Assembly (NCBI GenBank): GCA_964236955.1
Contig: CAXSGP010000077.1
Coordinates: forward strand, 1-23,549
From: an uncultured Oligoflexus sp.
Lineage (GTDB): Bacteria > Bdellovibrionota_B > Oligoflexia > Oligoflexales > Oligoflexaceae
DNA: 23,549 nucleotides
Direction of reading: 5' to 3'
Part shown: one piece after another, positions 1 to 8,302 of the stretch
Numbering within the stretch: position 1 is the stretch's first letter
Layout: every line of letters begins with the position of its first letter
Notes under the pieces: model-generated
Databases searched by the model: none
What the model saw: only the letters and a program-made list of their open reading frames with translations
Told to the model about the DNA's origin: nothing
Made by a program: the position numbers and the translations under genes

Positions 1-50
1 AGTTTGCCTGTACTTTTCAATCACTTATCTCAAACGTCAACAGCCCCTAG
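1..50. repeat. Possible right end of an IS5-like/MITE element, truncated by the window edge
   Basis: Ends in ...GTCAACAGCCCC-TAG, which resembles (from recall) IS5-type terminal repeats abutting a CTAG target. The partner end lies outside the window. Confidence 0.3.
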
Positions 51-171
51 TGTCTGAGCGGAAAAGGCGAAGGCCGGGTTTCATCGGCAGAAAAAAATGC
101 TCATTTATGCGGAATAAACTCCGCTTTTTTTCTGCCTCGCGCCTTACCATTCCCGATTTCCGGACAGACAC
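50..171. mobile_element. Palindromic MITE/REP-like intergenic element
   Basis: Terminal IR GTGTCTGAGCGGAAA (50-64) / TTTCCGGACAGACAC (157-171), 13/15 match. Inner perfect IR GGCAGAAAAAAA (86-97) / TTTTTTTCTGCC (125-136), plus TTTAT/ATAAA. All are centred at ~111. CTAG at 47-50 and 175-178. Confidence 0.55.
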
Positions 172-260
172 AAACTAGCCATAGCGCGGCGTCGAAAATT
201 TTGCTCTTTTGTTGGAGTGGCCTTCTTATATAATAATTTGCATTCAGTCTGGAGTATCTC

Positions 261-1085
261 ATGCTTACTTTTAAAGGGACCCGATCCTACATCGCTTCAC
301 CCGAGTTGCAGGAGATTGTAAGCGTTGCCTTTGATTTGCAGAAACCATTGCTTATCCGGGGTGAGCCGGGCACCGGTAAAACCGTCTTGGCAAAAGCGGT
401 GGCAGAAGCTCTTAACCTTCCCCTCTTGACCTGGCATATCAAATCGAGCTCCAAAGCTCAGGAGGGACTCTATGTGTATGATGCGGTGCAAAGACTAAAC
501 GATTCCCGCTTTGGCAGCGGCGATGTCAACGATATCAACAAATATATCAAGCTTGGCCCGTTGGGACAGGCCTTCGCGGCAGCCTCGCGAAGCATTGTCT
601 TAATCGACGAAATCGATAAGGCCGACATAGAATTTCCCAACGATCTTTTGCATGAACTTGATTTGATGAGTTTTGCAATAGCCGAGACCGGTGCGGTGAT
701 CACGGCTAAAGAACGTCCAGTCATTATCATCACGTCCAATGCTGAGAAAGAGCTGCCCGACGCTTTTCTTCGGCGCTGTATATTCCACTATATCGCCTTT
801 CCCCAAGCTGACGAGATGCGTGAGATTCTCAAGGTTCATCATCCCAGGGTCGATCAAAAATTAATATCGCAGGCTCTGCTGCGATTCTATTGGCTGCGTG
901 AACAAAGCGAAATTCGCAAAAAGCCTTCGACCAGCGAACTCGTCGATTGGATAGGCGCTCTAGTGCGGGGCGGTGTCGATCTCAAGGCCCTTGAAAAAGA
1001 GTTGCCTTTTCTCGGTGTGCTCATCAAGAAAGAAAGTGATATTCAAGCCTTAAAATCCAACAGTAAACGTGGTTCACGCGTCTGA
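261..1085 (+). CDS. MoxR-family AAA+ ATPase (PA2707-like subfamily)
   Basis: Walker A GEPGTGKT, Walker B VLIDEIDKAD, ITSN..KELPDAFLRRC; RBS GGAG; TATAAT at 229-234; followed by a VWA gene. Confidence 0.93.
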   Translation: MLTFKGTRSYIASPELQEIVSVAFDLQKPLLIRGEPGTGKTVLAKAVAEALNLPLLTWHIKSSSKAQEGLYVYDAVQRLNDSRFGSGDVNDINKYIKLGPLGQAFAAASRSIVLIDEIDKADIEFPNDLLHELDLMSFAIAETGAVITAKERPVIIITSNAEKELPDAFLRRCIFHYIAFPQADEMREILKVHHPRVDQKLISQALLRFYWLREQSEIRKKPSTSELVDWIGALVRGGVDLKALEKELPFLGVLIKKESDIQALKSNSKRGSRV

Positions 1086-1095
1086 GGGCTTACCG

Positions 1096-2283
1096 ATGTT
1101 TATCGATTTTCTATATCACCTAAGGCTCTATGGACTAAAAATTTCTGGCAACGAATGGCTCACGCTTATGCAGGCATTGGAGCGTGGCCATGCTGCTGAG
1201 TCGCTCGGTAAATTCTATTTTCTGGCGCGGGCGATCTGCGCCCGCACCGAGCAGGATTACGATGCCTTCGATCGGGCCTTTGCCGAATTTTTTAAAGATG
1301 TTTCCAGCGAAGGCGCTCTTAATCCAGAGCTTGAAGCTTGGCTAAGGACTGCAAAGGCGCCGCGATCTCTTACCGATGAAGAGCGTGAGGCCATGCAGGC
1401 GATGGACCTTGAAGAGCTGGAGCGGATGTTTAAAGAGCGGCTGGCTGAACAGAAGGAGCAGCATGATGGGGGCAACCGTTGGATCGGCACGGGGGGCACC
1501 AGTCCTTTCGGTCACGGCGGCTATAATCCTGCGGGCATTCGTGTTGCCGGGGAAGGCGAACAGCGCACGGCCGTACAGCTTGCTTCAAAACGGCTTTTTC
1601 AAAACTTTCGACGGGATCTGATTATCGACACACGACAAATCGGTCTCGCTTTAAAAAAGCTTCGGTATTGGGGTCGGGAAGGACTTCCCGACGAACTTGA
1701 TATTGACGGCAGCATCGAAGCTACCGGTAAGAATGCCGGCGATATCGAACTTGTGTTCCGAGCGCCTCGCAAAAATCATGTGAAGCTTTTGCTGCTGATG
1801 GATGTCGGTGGATCGATGACCTATCACACAAGAATTTGCGAACAATTGTTTTCAGCTGCTCATCAAATCGTTCATTTTAAAGAATTCCGGCACTATTATT
1901 TCCATAACTGTCCCTACGATTATATGTTTCGTGATATCGAGCAGGAAGAACGGATCGCGACCAGGAATATCCTGCGGGATCTCGATCCCAGCTGGATGGT
2001 CATCTGGGTCGGAGATGCGGCAATGAGTCCCTATGAACTTACGGAAGTGGGGGGCGCGATCGATTATTTCCAAAGGAATAAAGAACCCGGGCTTCGTTGG
2101 ATAGCGCGGATAAAAAAACATTTCCCAAGATCGGTATGGTTGAATCCAGAACCAAAGGAATACTGGGGGCGCCCGTCGAACCAACTGATCCGCACTGTCT
2201 TTCCCGACATGTATCCCCTTACGCTTGAAGGCATTGAAAACGCAATTCAGACTTTGAAAAGACAGCAGCAATGTGGCTTCTAA
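1096..2283 (+). CDS. VWA domain (CoxE-like/COG3825) protein, MoxR partner
   Basis: GGNRWIGTGGTSPFGHGG motif, MIDAS-like DVGGSM, YYFHNC, VGDAAMSPYE, WLNP. Start moved to ATG 1096 (RBS GAGGG). Confidence 0.9.
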   Translation: MFIDFLYHLRLYGLKISGNEWLTLMQALERGHAAESLGKFYFLARAICARTEQDYDAFDRAFAEFFKDVSSEGALNPELEAWLRTAKAPRSLTDEEREAMQAMDLEELERMFKERLAEQKEQHDGGNRWIGTGGTSPFGHGGYNPAGIRVAGEGEQRTAVQLASKRLFQNFRRDLIIDTRQIGLALKKLRYWGREGLPDELDIDGSIEATGKNAGDIELVFRAPRKNHVKLLLLMDVGGSMTYHTRICEQLFSAAHQIVHFKEFRHYYFHNCPYDYMFRDIEQEERIATRNILRDLDPSWMVIWVGDAAMSPYELTEVGGAIDYFQRNKEPGLRWIARIKKHFPRSVWLNPEPKEYWGRPSNQLIRTVFPDMYPLTLEGIENAIQTLKRQQQCGF

Positions 2284-2324
2284 CCTTTTGGTGCTAGGTA
2301 ACTAAAGATTCGATAGCCGGTAAG

Positions 2325-2351
2325 GGCCGCCTGATTTTAAATCAGTCGACC
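2325..2351. terminator. Hairpin between convergent genes
   Basis: CTGATTT-T-AAATCAG core with imperfect GC-rich flanks, between the stops at 2283 and 2372. Confidence 0.4.
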
Positions 2352-2371
2352 TTTCCTCAAAAGGCGGGCTA

Positions 2372-3043
2372 TTATTGGGGACTTAAGTCGAGCAGGGTAA
2401 CCGTAAACTCACCGGCTGGTATGGCCAACGAAGAGCTTCGGGTAAAGTTGACAATCAGTCGACTGCGATTTGCTGCCGTCATAACCTTGAGATATTCATC
2501 CTGTGCATTAAGGGCTTCGCCTGCGAAGTACATTTGGGTCGTCAGGGGGGCAAAGCCCTGGGCCGAAATTTTAAAATGAATGTGAGGTGGTCGTATCCAT
2601 GTATCACTTGCAGGATAAGCCCCAGGTTTAATCGTACGAATATGGGCCACACCCGAAGCATCGGTCAAAACTTTCGCCCAACCTTGAAAATAGGGATCGA
2701 TATCGGCAGTATTGGGATCAAGCGGATGGTTATATTTACCAGTTGCACAGGCCTGCCAGAGATCAATTAAGGTGTTGGCGACGGGGCGACAGTTTTGATC
2801 CTGCACCAACACGGTCAGTTCCACGATCTCGCCACGCGCGCGCTCTGTCTCGCCTTCAATAAGAGTCAGATCGGAATCTACGTCGTTTTGTGGTACCACA
2901 GGGTAAAAGGGTCCCTCAGGCTGCGCGGGAGTTTTGCGGGTGGTCGTGCACAGGGCACGAGCCTGAGCGACTCCAGCGAGGCCGGCAGCTCCCACGAGGA
3001 AGGTGTTTTGAAGGATATTGCGTCGACTTAGGGGGTTGGTCAT
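2372..3043 (-). CDS. Intradiol ring-cleavage dioxygenase (protocatechuate 3,4-dioxygenase beta-like), Tat-exported
   Basis: LSRRNIL twin-arginine signal; EGPFYP, DLWQAC..GKY, PGAYP, RPPHIHF (Tyr/Tyr/His/His iron ligands); LTTQMYF. Confidence 0.88.
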   Translation of the reverse strand: MTNPLSRRNILQNTFLVGAAGLAGVAQARALCTTTRKTPAQPEGPFYPVVPQNDVDSDLTLIEGETERARGEIVELTVLVQDQNCRPVANTLIDLWQACATGKYNHPLDPNTADIDPYFQGWAKVLTDASGVAHIRTIKPGAYPASDTWIRPPHIHFKISAQGFAPLTTQMYFAGEALNAQDEYLKVMTAANRSRLIVNFTRSSSLAIPAGEFTVTLLDLSPQ

Positions 3044-3128
3044 ATCGATTCAAGCCTCATTGTTGGGGACGTGTTTTATTATCATTTGTGTATAGGATTA
3101 ATAGCCGTTTGCAAAACCCATTCTTTCA

Positions 3129-3141
3129 TATGTCTGACATA
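3129..3141. promoter_or_regulatory. Palindrome TATGTC-T-GACATA, candidate GntR/FadR-type operator
   Basis: Perfect 6-1-6 inverted repeat upstream of the dioxygenase, resembling the GT-N3-AC core of GntR-family sites. Confidence 0.3.
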
Positions 3142-3168
3142 GGCAAATTCATATGATATCTGTCGATG

Positions 3169-3777
3169 TCAGGGAGCGTTCTCAAAGTCGATCTGCTTTT
3201 GCACCATGGAGCGAAAGAGGGTGAGAAGTTGATGATGCTCGCCCTTAGGCTGCTCGCCGCGTACATCGATAATGTGATGAATCGTTTCTATAGTCGAATA
3301 GCAATGGCTACCCGGTTGCTGACGAATGACAAACTCTGACGGTACTTCGGGACGAAACATCACCTGCGGGACTTTCTGCAAATTGCTGCTCAAGCGCAGC
3401 ATTTTCTTCGCCATCGACCAGGTTGCGTCCAAGATGATAAACACCACCGTCCTTTCATCGCCCTCATGAGCCTGCGGAACCTCGGAGATATCGATTGCCT
3501 CGCTGCCGGGGAAGAGGAGATAACAACGCTTGAGGGGATTAGAAAGAATCCGGTTGAGCGTCTGATCTTCGCTAAAATCACGACCAACCAGCAGATTGGC
3601 ATTGGCGATCGTAAGAAAGGCCATACGGCCTGTATTGATCGCTTTGCGGCTTTCTTTAGGATGGATAAGAATGATGAACTCGGGATTGCTCGCAAAGCCC
3701 TTGATCGCTCCACAATAACACATAACCTGGGCCTTGCGGCAGCGATAGCAGACATCTCGGTTCCCGTCGTTCCTCAT
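3169..3777 (-). CDS. tapT: DTW-domain tRNA-uridine aminocarboxypropyltransferase (TapT/YfiP-like)
   Basis: N-terminal C-x2-C...C-x-C, IHPKE, NTG, LLFP, LDATW, STIE motifs. Start moved to ATG 3777 (AAGGA/AGGGA upstream). Confidence 0.85.
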   Translation of the reverse strand: MRNDGNRDVCYRCRKAQVMCYCGAIKGFASNPEFIILIHPKESRKAINTGRMAFLTIANANLLVGRDFSEDQTLNRILSNPLKRCYLLFPGSEAIDISEVPQAHEGDERTVVFIILDATWSMAKKMLRLSSNLQKVPQVMFRPEVPSEFVIRQQPGSHCYSTIETIHHIIDVRGEQPKGEHHQLLTLFRSMVQKQIDFENAP

Positions 3778-3787
3778 TCCCTGTCCT

Positions 3788-4057
3788 TTAACGTTTGGAA
3801 AAACCGCGGCGTTTGACCAGGGTTTTTTCTGCAGTTTCACCCGAAAGGGCCCAGATCCAAGTTATGATGACGAGTATCATATTGGTCGGCCAATAGGCGG
3901 TCGTGGCTAGGATGGCGACGAGAAGCCTTGGCGCAAAAATAAATCCTAACCACCAGAGTATGCCGCCCGATGCGACCGAACCGAAGAAGAGGGTGAGGCG
4001 GGGAAAGAAAAACATGCAAGCCATAAAAATAAGGCCATGTTCGTTCCAGTAATTCAT
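3788..4057 (-). CDS. Small integral membrane protein, function unknown
   Basis: 89 aa, hydrophobic, with repeated PRL motifs and a basic C-tail. RBS GGAG; stop 10 nt before the DTW start. Confidence 0.75.
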   Translation of the reverse strand: MNYWNEHGLIFMACMFFFPRLTLFFGSVASGGILWWLGFIFAPRLLVAILATTAYWPTNMILVIITWIWALSGETAEKTLVKRRGFSKR

Positions 4058-4161
4058 ACGTTACTCCAGACTTGATAGGACGGCGGATAAACTTTCTCAA
4101 GGACGGTATGCGATAAGGCTTCGAGCGGAAATTCAGGTGTCCGCTGGCGCGATCGAAGTTC

Positions 4162-5328
4162 TTATTTGCGTTCGGCGAGCGCTGCGACCTTGCGTTCCGC
4201 CGGGCCGATATATTCGCTTAGTGGCCGTATGATGCGGTTATGGGCCGTCTGCTCCAAAACATGGGCCGACCAGCCGGTGGTTCTTGCCATAACGAAGATG
4301 GGCGTGAAGAAATCGATTTCAAAGCCCATCATGAAGTAAGCGGGGCCTGCGGGGAAATCAAGGTTAGGATAAATCTTTTTCTTGTCGACCATAACCGCTT
4401 CCAGCGCATCATACATCTTCATCCACTTTTGCTCACCGATCGCATCAGCCACCACCTGCGCATATTTACGCATAGTCGGCACGCGGGAATCGCCTGACTT
4501 ATAGACCCTGTGACCAAATCCCATAACTTTTTTCTTTTGCGCCAGGGCCTCGATCATCCACTCTTCGGCCTTTGCAGGGTCGTCGATCTCCAGCATCATG
4601 TGCATGACCTGCTCGTTGGCACCGCCATGAAGTGGGCCCTTAAGCGCGCCGATACCGGCGACCGTTGCCGAATAGATGTCGGATTGTGTTGACGTCACCA
4701 CGCGTGCGGTAAAAGTTGAGGCATTGAAGCTATGTTCGGCATAAAGGATAAGGGAGACATCAAAAGCCCTGACGATCGCTTTGGCCGGTATTTTCTCGAA
4801 GCACATATGAAAGAAGTTCTCGGCGATCGACAGTTCGGGCTTGGGCTCGATCGCTTTGAGGCCTTTTTTATAACGGTAATCAGCCGCTACCAGAGTCGGT
4901 ATGCGAGCGAGAAGTTGAATGGCCTTGTCGAGATTGACCTCAGGCGTGGCATCCCAAATTCTCGAATCTTCACAGCCCATGATGGACACGCCGCTTCGAA
5001 TCGCATCCATGGGATGACAGGTCTTGGGCAAGGCCGCGATGCTTTTGAGCAACAGGGGTGAAGCCTTGCGGTAGGAACGCTCCTGGGCCTGGAATGCCTC
5101 CAGCTGCTTCGAATTCGGTAGTTCACCATGGTAGAGGAGGTAAGCGACCTCTTCAAAGGTGCAATGTTCTGCCAGGTCCTGAACCGGATATCCTCGGTAG
5201 ATCAGCGAGTTCGTATCGGGATTGACTTTGGAGACGGCAGTCGTATCGATAACCGCGCCTTCCAGGCCTCTTTTTACGTTCATCTTATCGGGCTCAGGGA
5301 CATAATCGGGATTGATGTACTCTGCCAC
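4162..5328 (-). CDS. prpC: 2-methylcitrate synthase / citrate synthase
   Basis: GLEG, LIYRGY, YAEHSFNASTF, GPLHGGANE, MGFGHRVY, PNLDF; divergent from prpD-prpB; GTG start with AAGGA. Confidence 0.93.
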   Translation of the reverse strand: MAEYINPDYVPEPDKMNVKRGLEGAVIDTTAVSKVNPDTNSLIYRGYPVQDLAEHCTFEEVAYLLYHGELPNSKQLEAFQAQERSYRKASPLLLKSIAALPKTCHPMDAIRSGVSIMGCEDSRIWDATPEVNLDKAIQLLARIPTLVAADYRYKKGLKAIEPKPELSIAENFFHMCFEKIPAKAIVRAFDVSLILYAEHSFNASTFTARVVTSTQSDIYSATVAGIGALKGPLHGGANEQVMHMMLEIDDPAKAEEWMIEALAQKKKVMGFGHRVYKSGDSRVPTMRKYAQVVADAIGEQKWMKMYDALEAVMVDKKKIYPNLDFPAGPAYFMMGFEIDFFTPIFVMARTTGWSAHVLEQTAHNRIIRPLSEYIGPAERKVAALAERK

Positions 5329-5464
5329 GGGACGGCTTCCTTTATTTGGTGATCGGAATTAAGGGGACGTGATTCGCTATGGCTCCGCCCAAGGTCTCTC
5401 TACTGAATGGCCGGCAATAGCGACCCGGGACCATGCCAGCGTCTGGCATGGGGCTGCCCATCCC

Positions 5465-5509
5465 AAAAAAAAAGGCGAATCCTCGAAATCAAATCGGAGC
5501 CTTCACCTT
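5465..5509 (-). terminator. Intrinsic terminator-like hairpin in the prpC upstream leader
   Basis: On the minus strand AAGGTGAA (5509-5502) pairs with TTCGCCTT (5479-5472), extended by inner pairing. The 3' arm runs into a T9 tract (5473-5465). Confidence 0.5.
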
Positions 5510-5517
5510 CAGGCGGA

Positions 5518-5546
5518 AGTATTGATGAGATACCATAAGCAGTCAA
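5518..5546 (-). promoter_or_regulatory. Candidate sigma70 promoter toward prpC
   Basis: TTGACT-N17-AATACT on the minus strand. Confidence 0.45.
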
Positions 5547-5587
5547 GATTTAACTCCTCACCCTTAACAGCGCTCTTTTGAGCCTGG

Positions 5588-5603
5588 GCCATCAATTGAT
5601 GGC
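5588..5603. promoter_or_regulatory. Perfect 16-bp palindrome, candidate operator of the prp genes
   Basis: GCCATCAATTGATGGC is its own reverse complement and lies between two divergent -35 boxes. Confidence 0.55.
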
Positions 5604-5612
5604 ACACGTTCC

Positions 5613-5642
5613 TTGACACATTATTACTCTCTCAGTTAGCTT
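5613..5642 (+). promoter_or_regulatory. Candidate sigma70 promoter for prpD-prpB
   Basis: TTGACA (5613-5618)-N18-TAGCTT (5637-5642). Confidence 0.55.
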
Positions 5643-5862
5643 GGCCTTTAAGCTCGAATCACTATGCCGCTGCATCCCCGTGCTTCGGCTCAGAAGAAAT
5701 TGAGTCAGGCTGGTTCCAGGGCTAAAAAGCGGACGTTTACGCAGGTAAGGGTCGGCCTCAGCCGGTGGGACGATGAAGCCGTCAGTCTCTGAGTTGAAGC
5801 GGGAGTCGAGGCCTGGCGTTCAAACTTTATCGCCCTCTCAGCTTCGCCTGGAAAGGACATCC

Positions 5863-7371
5863 ATGAAAAAGCATCCTGTTCGCGTCTATCCTTCGAAAGA
5901 AAAGTTAGAACGCAAAGATCAGTTGGCCTGGAAATTGGCCACGCTTGCGACCGATCCGACCCCCATTCGTGACGACGTTTTGGACATGGTTATAAATCGG
6001 ATTATCGATAATGCCTCTGTTGCCATTGCCGCGGTCAATCGCGCGCCGGTAGCTTCGGCACGGGCTATGGCGATTGCCCATCCACGCGCCAACGGCGCTT
6101 TGGTCTTTGGAATGCCAAACGACCAACGCTTCGACTGTGAGTGGGCAGCTTGGGCCAACGGCACCGCCGTTCGCGAGCTTGATTTTCACGATACCTTTTT
6201 AGCTGCTGATTATTCGCATCCCGGCGACAATATTCCCCCCATACTTGCCGTCGCCCAGCAGATGAAAAAAAGCGGCTTAGATCTTTTAAAGGGTATCGTT
6301 ACGGCTTATGAAGTCCATGTCGACCTCGTCAAGGCGATCTGCCTTCACGAATATAAAAAAGACCATATCGCTCACCTCTGCCCGGCCCAGGCAGCCGGCA
6401 TAGGCACGATGCTCGGTCTAGCAACCGAAACAATTTTTCAGGCTATCCAACAGGCCGTGCACGTATCCTTCACCACCCGTCAGTCGCGCAAGGGCGAGAT
6501 CTCATCGTGGAAGGCCTATGCTCCCGCCCACGCCGGCAAACTGGCGATCGAAGCCGTCGATCGCACCATGCGTGGCGAAGGCGCGCCCTCGCCGATTTAC
6601 GAAGGCGAGGACTCGGTCATCGCCTATATGCTCAAAGGCAAAGATGGCCAATACGAGGTGCCCCTGCCCGAGATCGGCGAAGCGAAGGCTGCCATACTCG
6701 AAACCTATACCAAAGAACATTCGGCCGAGTACCAATCGCAGGCTCTTATCGATTTGGCCCGGAAAATGAAGTCTAAAATCAAAAATTTTGACGACATTAA
6801 AAATATCGTCATCCACACCTCGCATCACACTCACTATGTGATCGGCACCGGTGCCAACGACCCGCAAAAAATGGATCCCAGCGCTTCCCGCGAGACTCTT
6901 GATCATTCCATCATGTATATCTTCGCCGTCGCCTTGCAGGATGGTGACTGGCACCATGTGAAATCCTATGCGCCAGAGCGAGCGAAACGGGCCGATACCG
7001 TTGCTCTCTGGAACAAAATCACCACTGTTGAAGATAGCCAGTGGACGCGATGGTACCACGATCAGGATCCCAACAAAAAACGTTTCGGAGGCCGCGTCGA
7101 GATCCATTTCAAAAACGGTGAAACACTGCTTGATGAGCTCGGCGTCGCCGATGCCCATCCTGCCGGAGCCAGACCCTTCAAACGTGCTGATTACATTAGA
7201 AAATTTGATACTCTCACCGAGAGCGTCATCACCAAGAATGAACGCAATCGTTTCATCGACCTCGTCCAAAACCTGGCTCAGCTTACGTCGGATCAGGTGG
7301 CCCAACTCAACGTCCAAGTGGCTTTCGATCAGCTCGTGAATAACAAGCGCGATAGCAAGGGGATCTTTTAA
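5863..7371 (+). CDS. prpD: 2-methylcitrate dehydratase (MmgE/PrpD family)
   Basis: [46 protein letters not shown]. Start moved to ATG 5863 (RBS AAAGGA). Confidence 0.93.
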   Translation: MKKHPVRVYPSKEKLERKDQLAWKLATLATDPTPIRDDVLDMVINRIIDNASVAIAAVNRAPVASARAMAIAHPRANGALVFGMPNDQRFDCEWAAWANGTAVRELDFHDTFLAADYSHPGDNIPPILAVAQQMKKSGLDLLKGIVTAYEVHVDLVKAICLHEYKKDHIAHLCPAQAAGIGTMLGLATETIFQAIQQAVHVSFTTRQSRKGEISSWKAYAPAHAGKLAIEAVDRTMRGEGAPSPIYEGEDSVIAYMLKGKDGQYEVPLPEIGEAKAAILETYTKEHSAEYQSQALIDLARKMKSKIKNFDDIKNIVIHTSHHTHYVIGTGANDPQKMDPSASRETLDHSIMYIFAVALQDGDWHHVKSYAPERAKRADTVALWNKITTVEDSQWTRWYHDQDPNKKRFGGRVEIHFKNGETLLDELGVADAHPAGARPFKRADYIRKFDTLTESVITKNERNRFIDLVQNLAQLTSDQVAQLNVQVAFDQLVNNKRDSKGIF

Positions 7372-8273
7372 TGCTTTTCCCCGAGATCTCCCCGGCCCAG
7401 AAACGAGCCAATCTTCGGACCGCGTTGAAGTCGGGCAGGCTCCTTCGATTTCCGGGTTCATGGTCGCCGCTGGTGAGCATGGCGATAGAAAAAGAAGGCT
7501 TTGACGGCGTTTATATTTCGGGTTCCGTTATCTCTAATGATCTGGGTTACCCCGATATAGGACTCACCAGTTTGACTGAAGTCGCCAGTCGCGGCCGACA
7601 GATCGCCCGTACCACGAAGCTGCCTTCGATTATCGACATCGATACTGGTTTTGGCGAGCCGATGAGCGCGTCACGGTCGGTGCAGGAGATGATAGAGATG
7701 GGTCTTGCCGGCTGTCATATCGAAGATCAGGTGAATCCGAAGCGTTGCGGCCATCTCGATGGCAAGGACATCGTTTCGCGTGAAACTATGGTGCAAAAGG
7801 TAGCGGCTGCCGCGCGCGGCAAAAAACTCGACGAAAACTTTCTGCTCATTGCCCGGACCGATTCCCGCGCTGTCGAGGGGCTTGATAAGGCGGTTGAGCG
7901 ATCGAAGGCCTATATCGATGCCGGTGCGGATTGTATTTTTATCGAGGCGCTTGAGAACGAAAAGGAATTTGAACAGTTTCGTGCCGCGATTTCAGTTCCC
8001 TTGCTTGCTAACATGACGGAATTTGGCAAGTCCAAACTCCTGACCTACGAGCAACTGTCGAGCCTTGGTTATAATATCGTCATCTACCCCGTAACAACCT
8101 TCCGTCTGGCCATGAAGGCAACGATCGATGGACTCTCCGAGATCAAGGCCAGGGGCACTCAGGAAGGACTGCTCGACAGGATGCAGCATCGTAAGGACCT
8201 TTACAGCCTCACCCGTTATGAGGCCTACAATGCGCTCGACAGCAGTCTTTTTAATTTCACTGTGAAGTCCTAA
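7371..8273 (+). CDS. prpB: 2-methylisocitrate lyase
   Basis: DIDTGFG, HIEDQVNPKRCGHL, ARTD, LANMTEFGK; TAATG overlap with prpD. Confidence 0.95.
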   Translation: MLFPEISPAQKRANLRTALKSGRLLRFPGSWSPLVSMAIEKEGFDGVYISGSVISNDLGYPDIGLTSLTEVASRGRQIARTTKLPSIIDIDTGFGEPMSASRSVQEMIEMGLAGCHIEDQVNPKRCGHLDGKDIVSRETMVQKVAAAARGKKLDENFLLIARTDSRAVEGLDKAVERSKAYIDAGADCIFIEALENEKEFEQFRAAISVPLLANMTEFGKSKLLTYEQLSSLGYNIVIYPVTTFRLAMKATIDGLSEIKARGTQEGLLDRMQHRKDLYSLTRYEAYNALDSSLFNFTVKS

Positions 8274-8302
8274 CCGTTTCGTCCATCCATCGGGAGGAAG
8301 TT

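Noticed and set aside
5664..5792. 42-codon uORF in the prpD leader (MPLHPRASAQ...)
   Set aside because: No Shine-Dalgarno and no regulatory codon run; an ORF this long is expected by chance.
5735..5855. Resemblance to c-di-GMP-I, SAM-I or ZTP riboswitches
   Set aside because: Only isolated words match. The GAAA tetraloop/GCAAA, AUC...GCAACC...GAU and correctly ordered ZTP elements are missing.
5329..5862. Cobalamin or glycine riboswitch for prp genes
   Set aside because: No B12-box (GCCACTG/GGGAAG); GAGAGACC is present but the CCGAAG and CTCTCAGG core is not.
6502..7461. 319-aa antisense ORF, and the many other 60-190 aa ORFs overlapping genes
   Set aside because: Shadow frames of well-supported genes such as prpD; no motifs or RBS.
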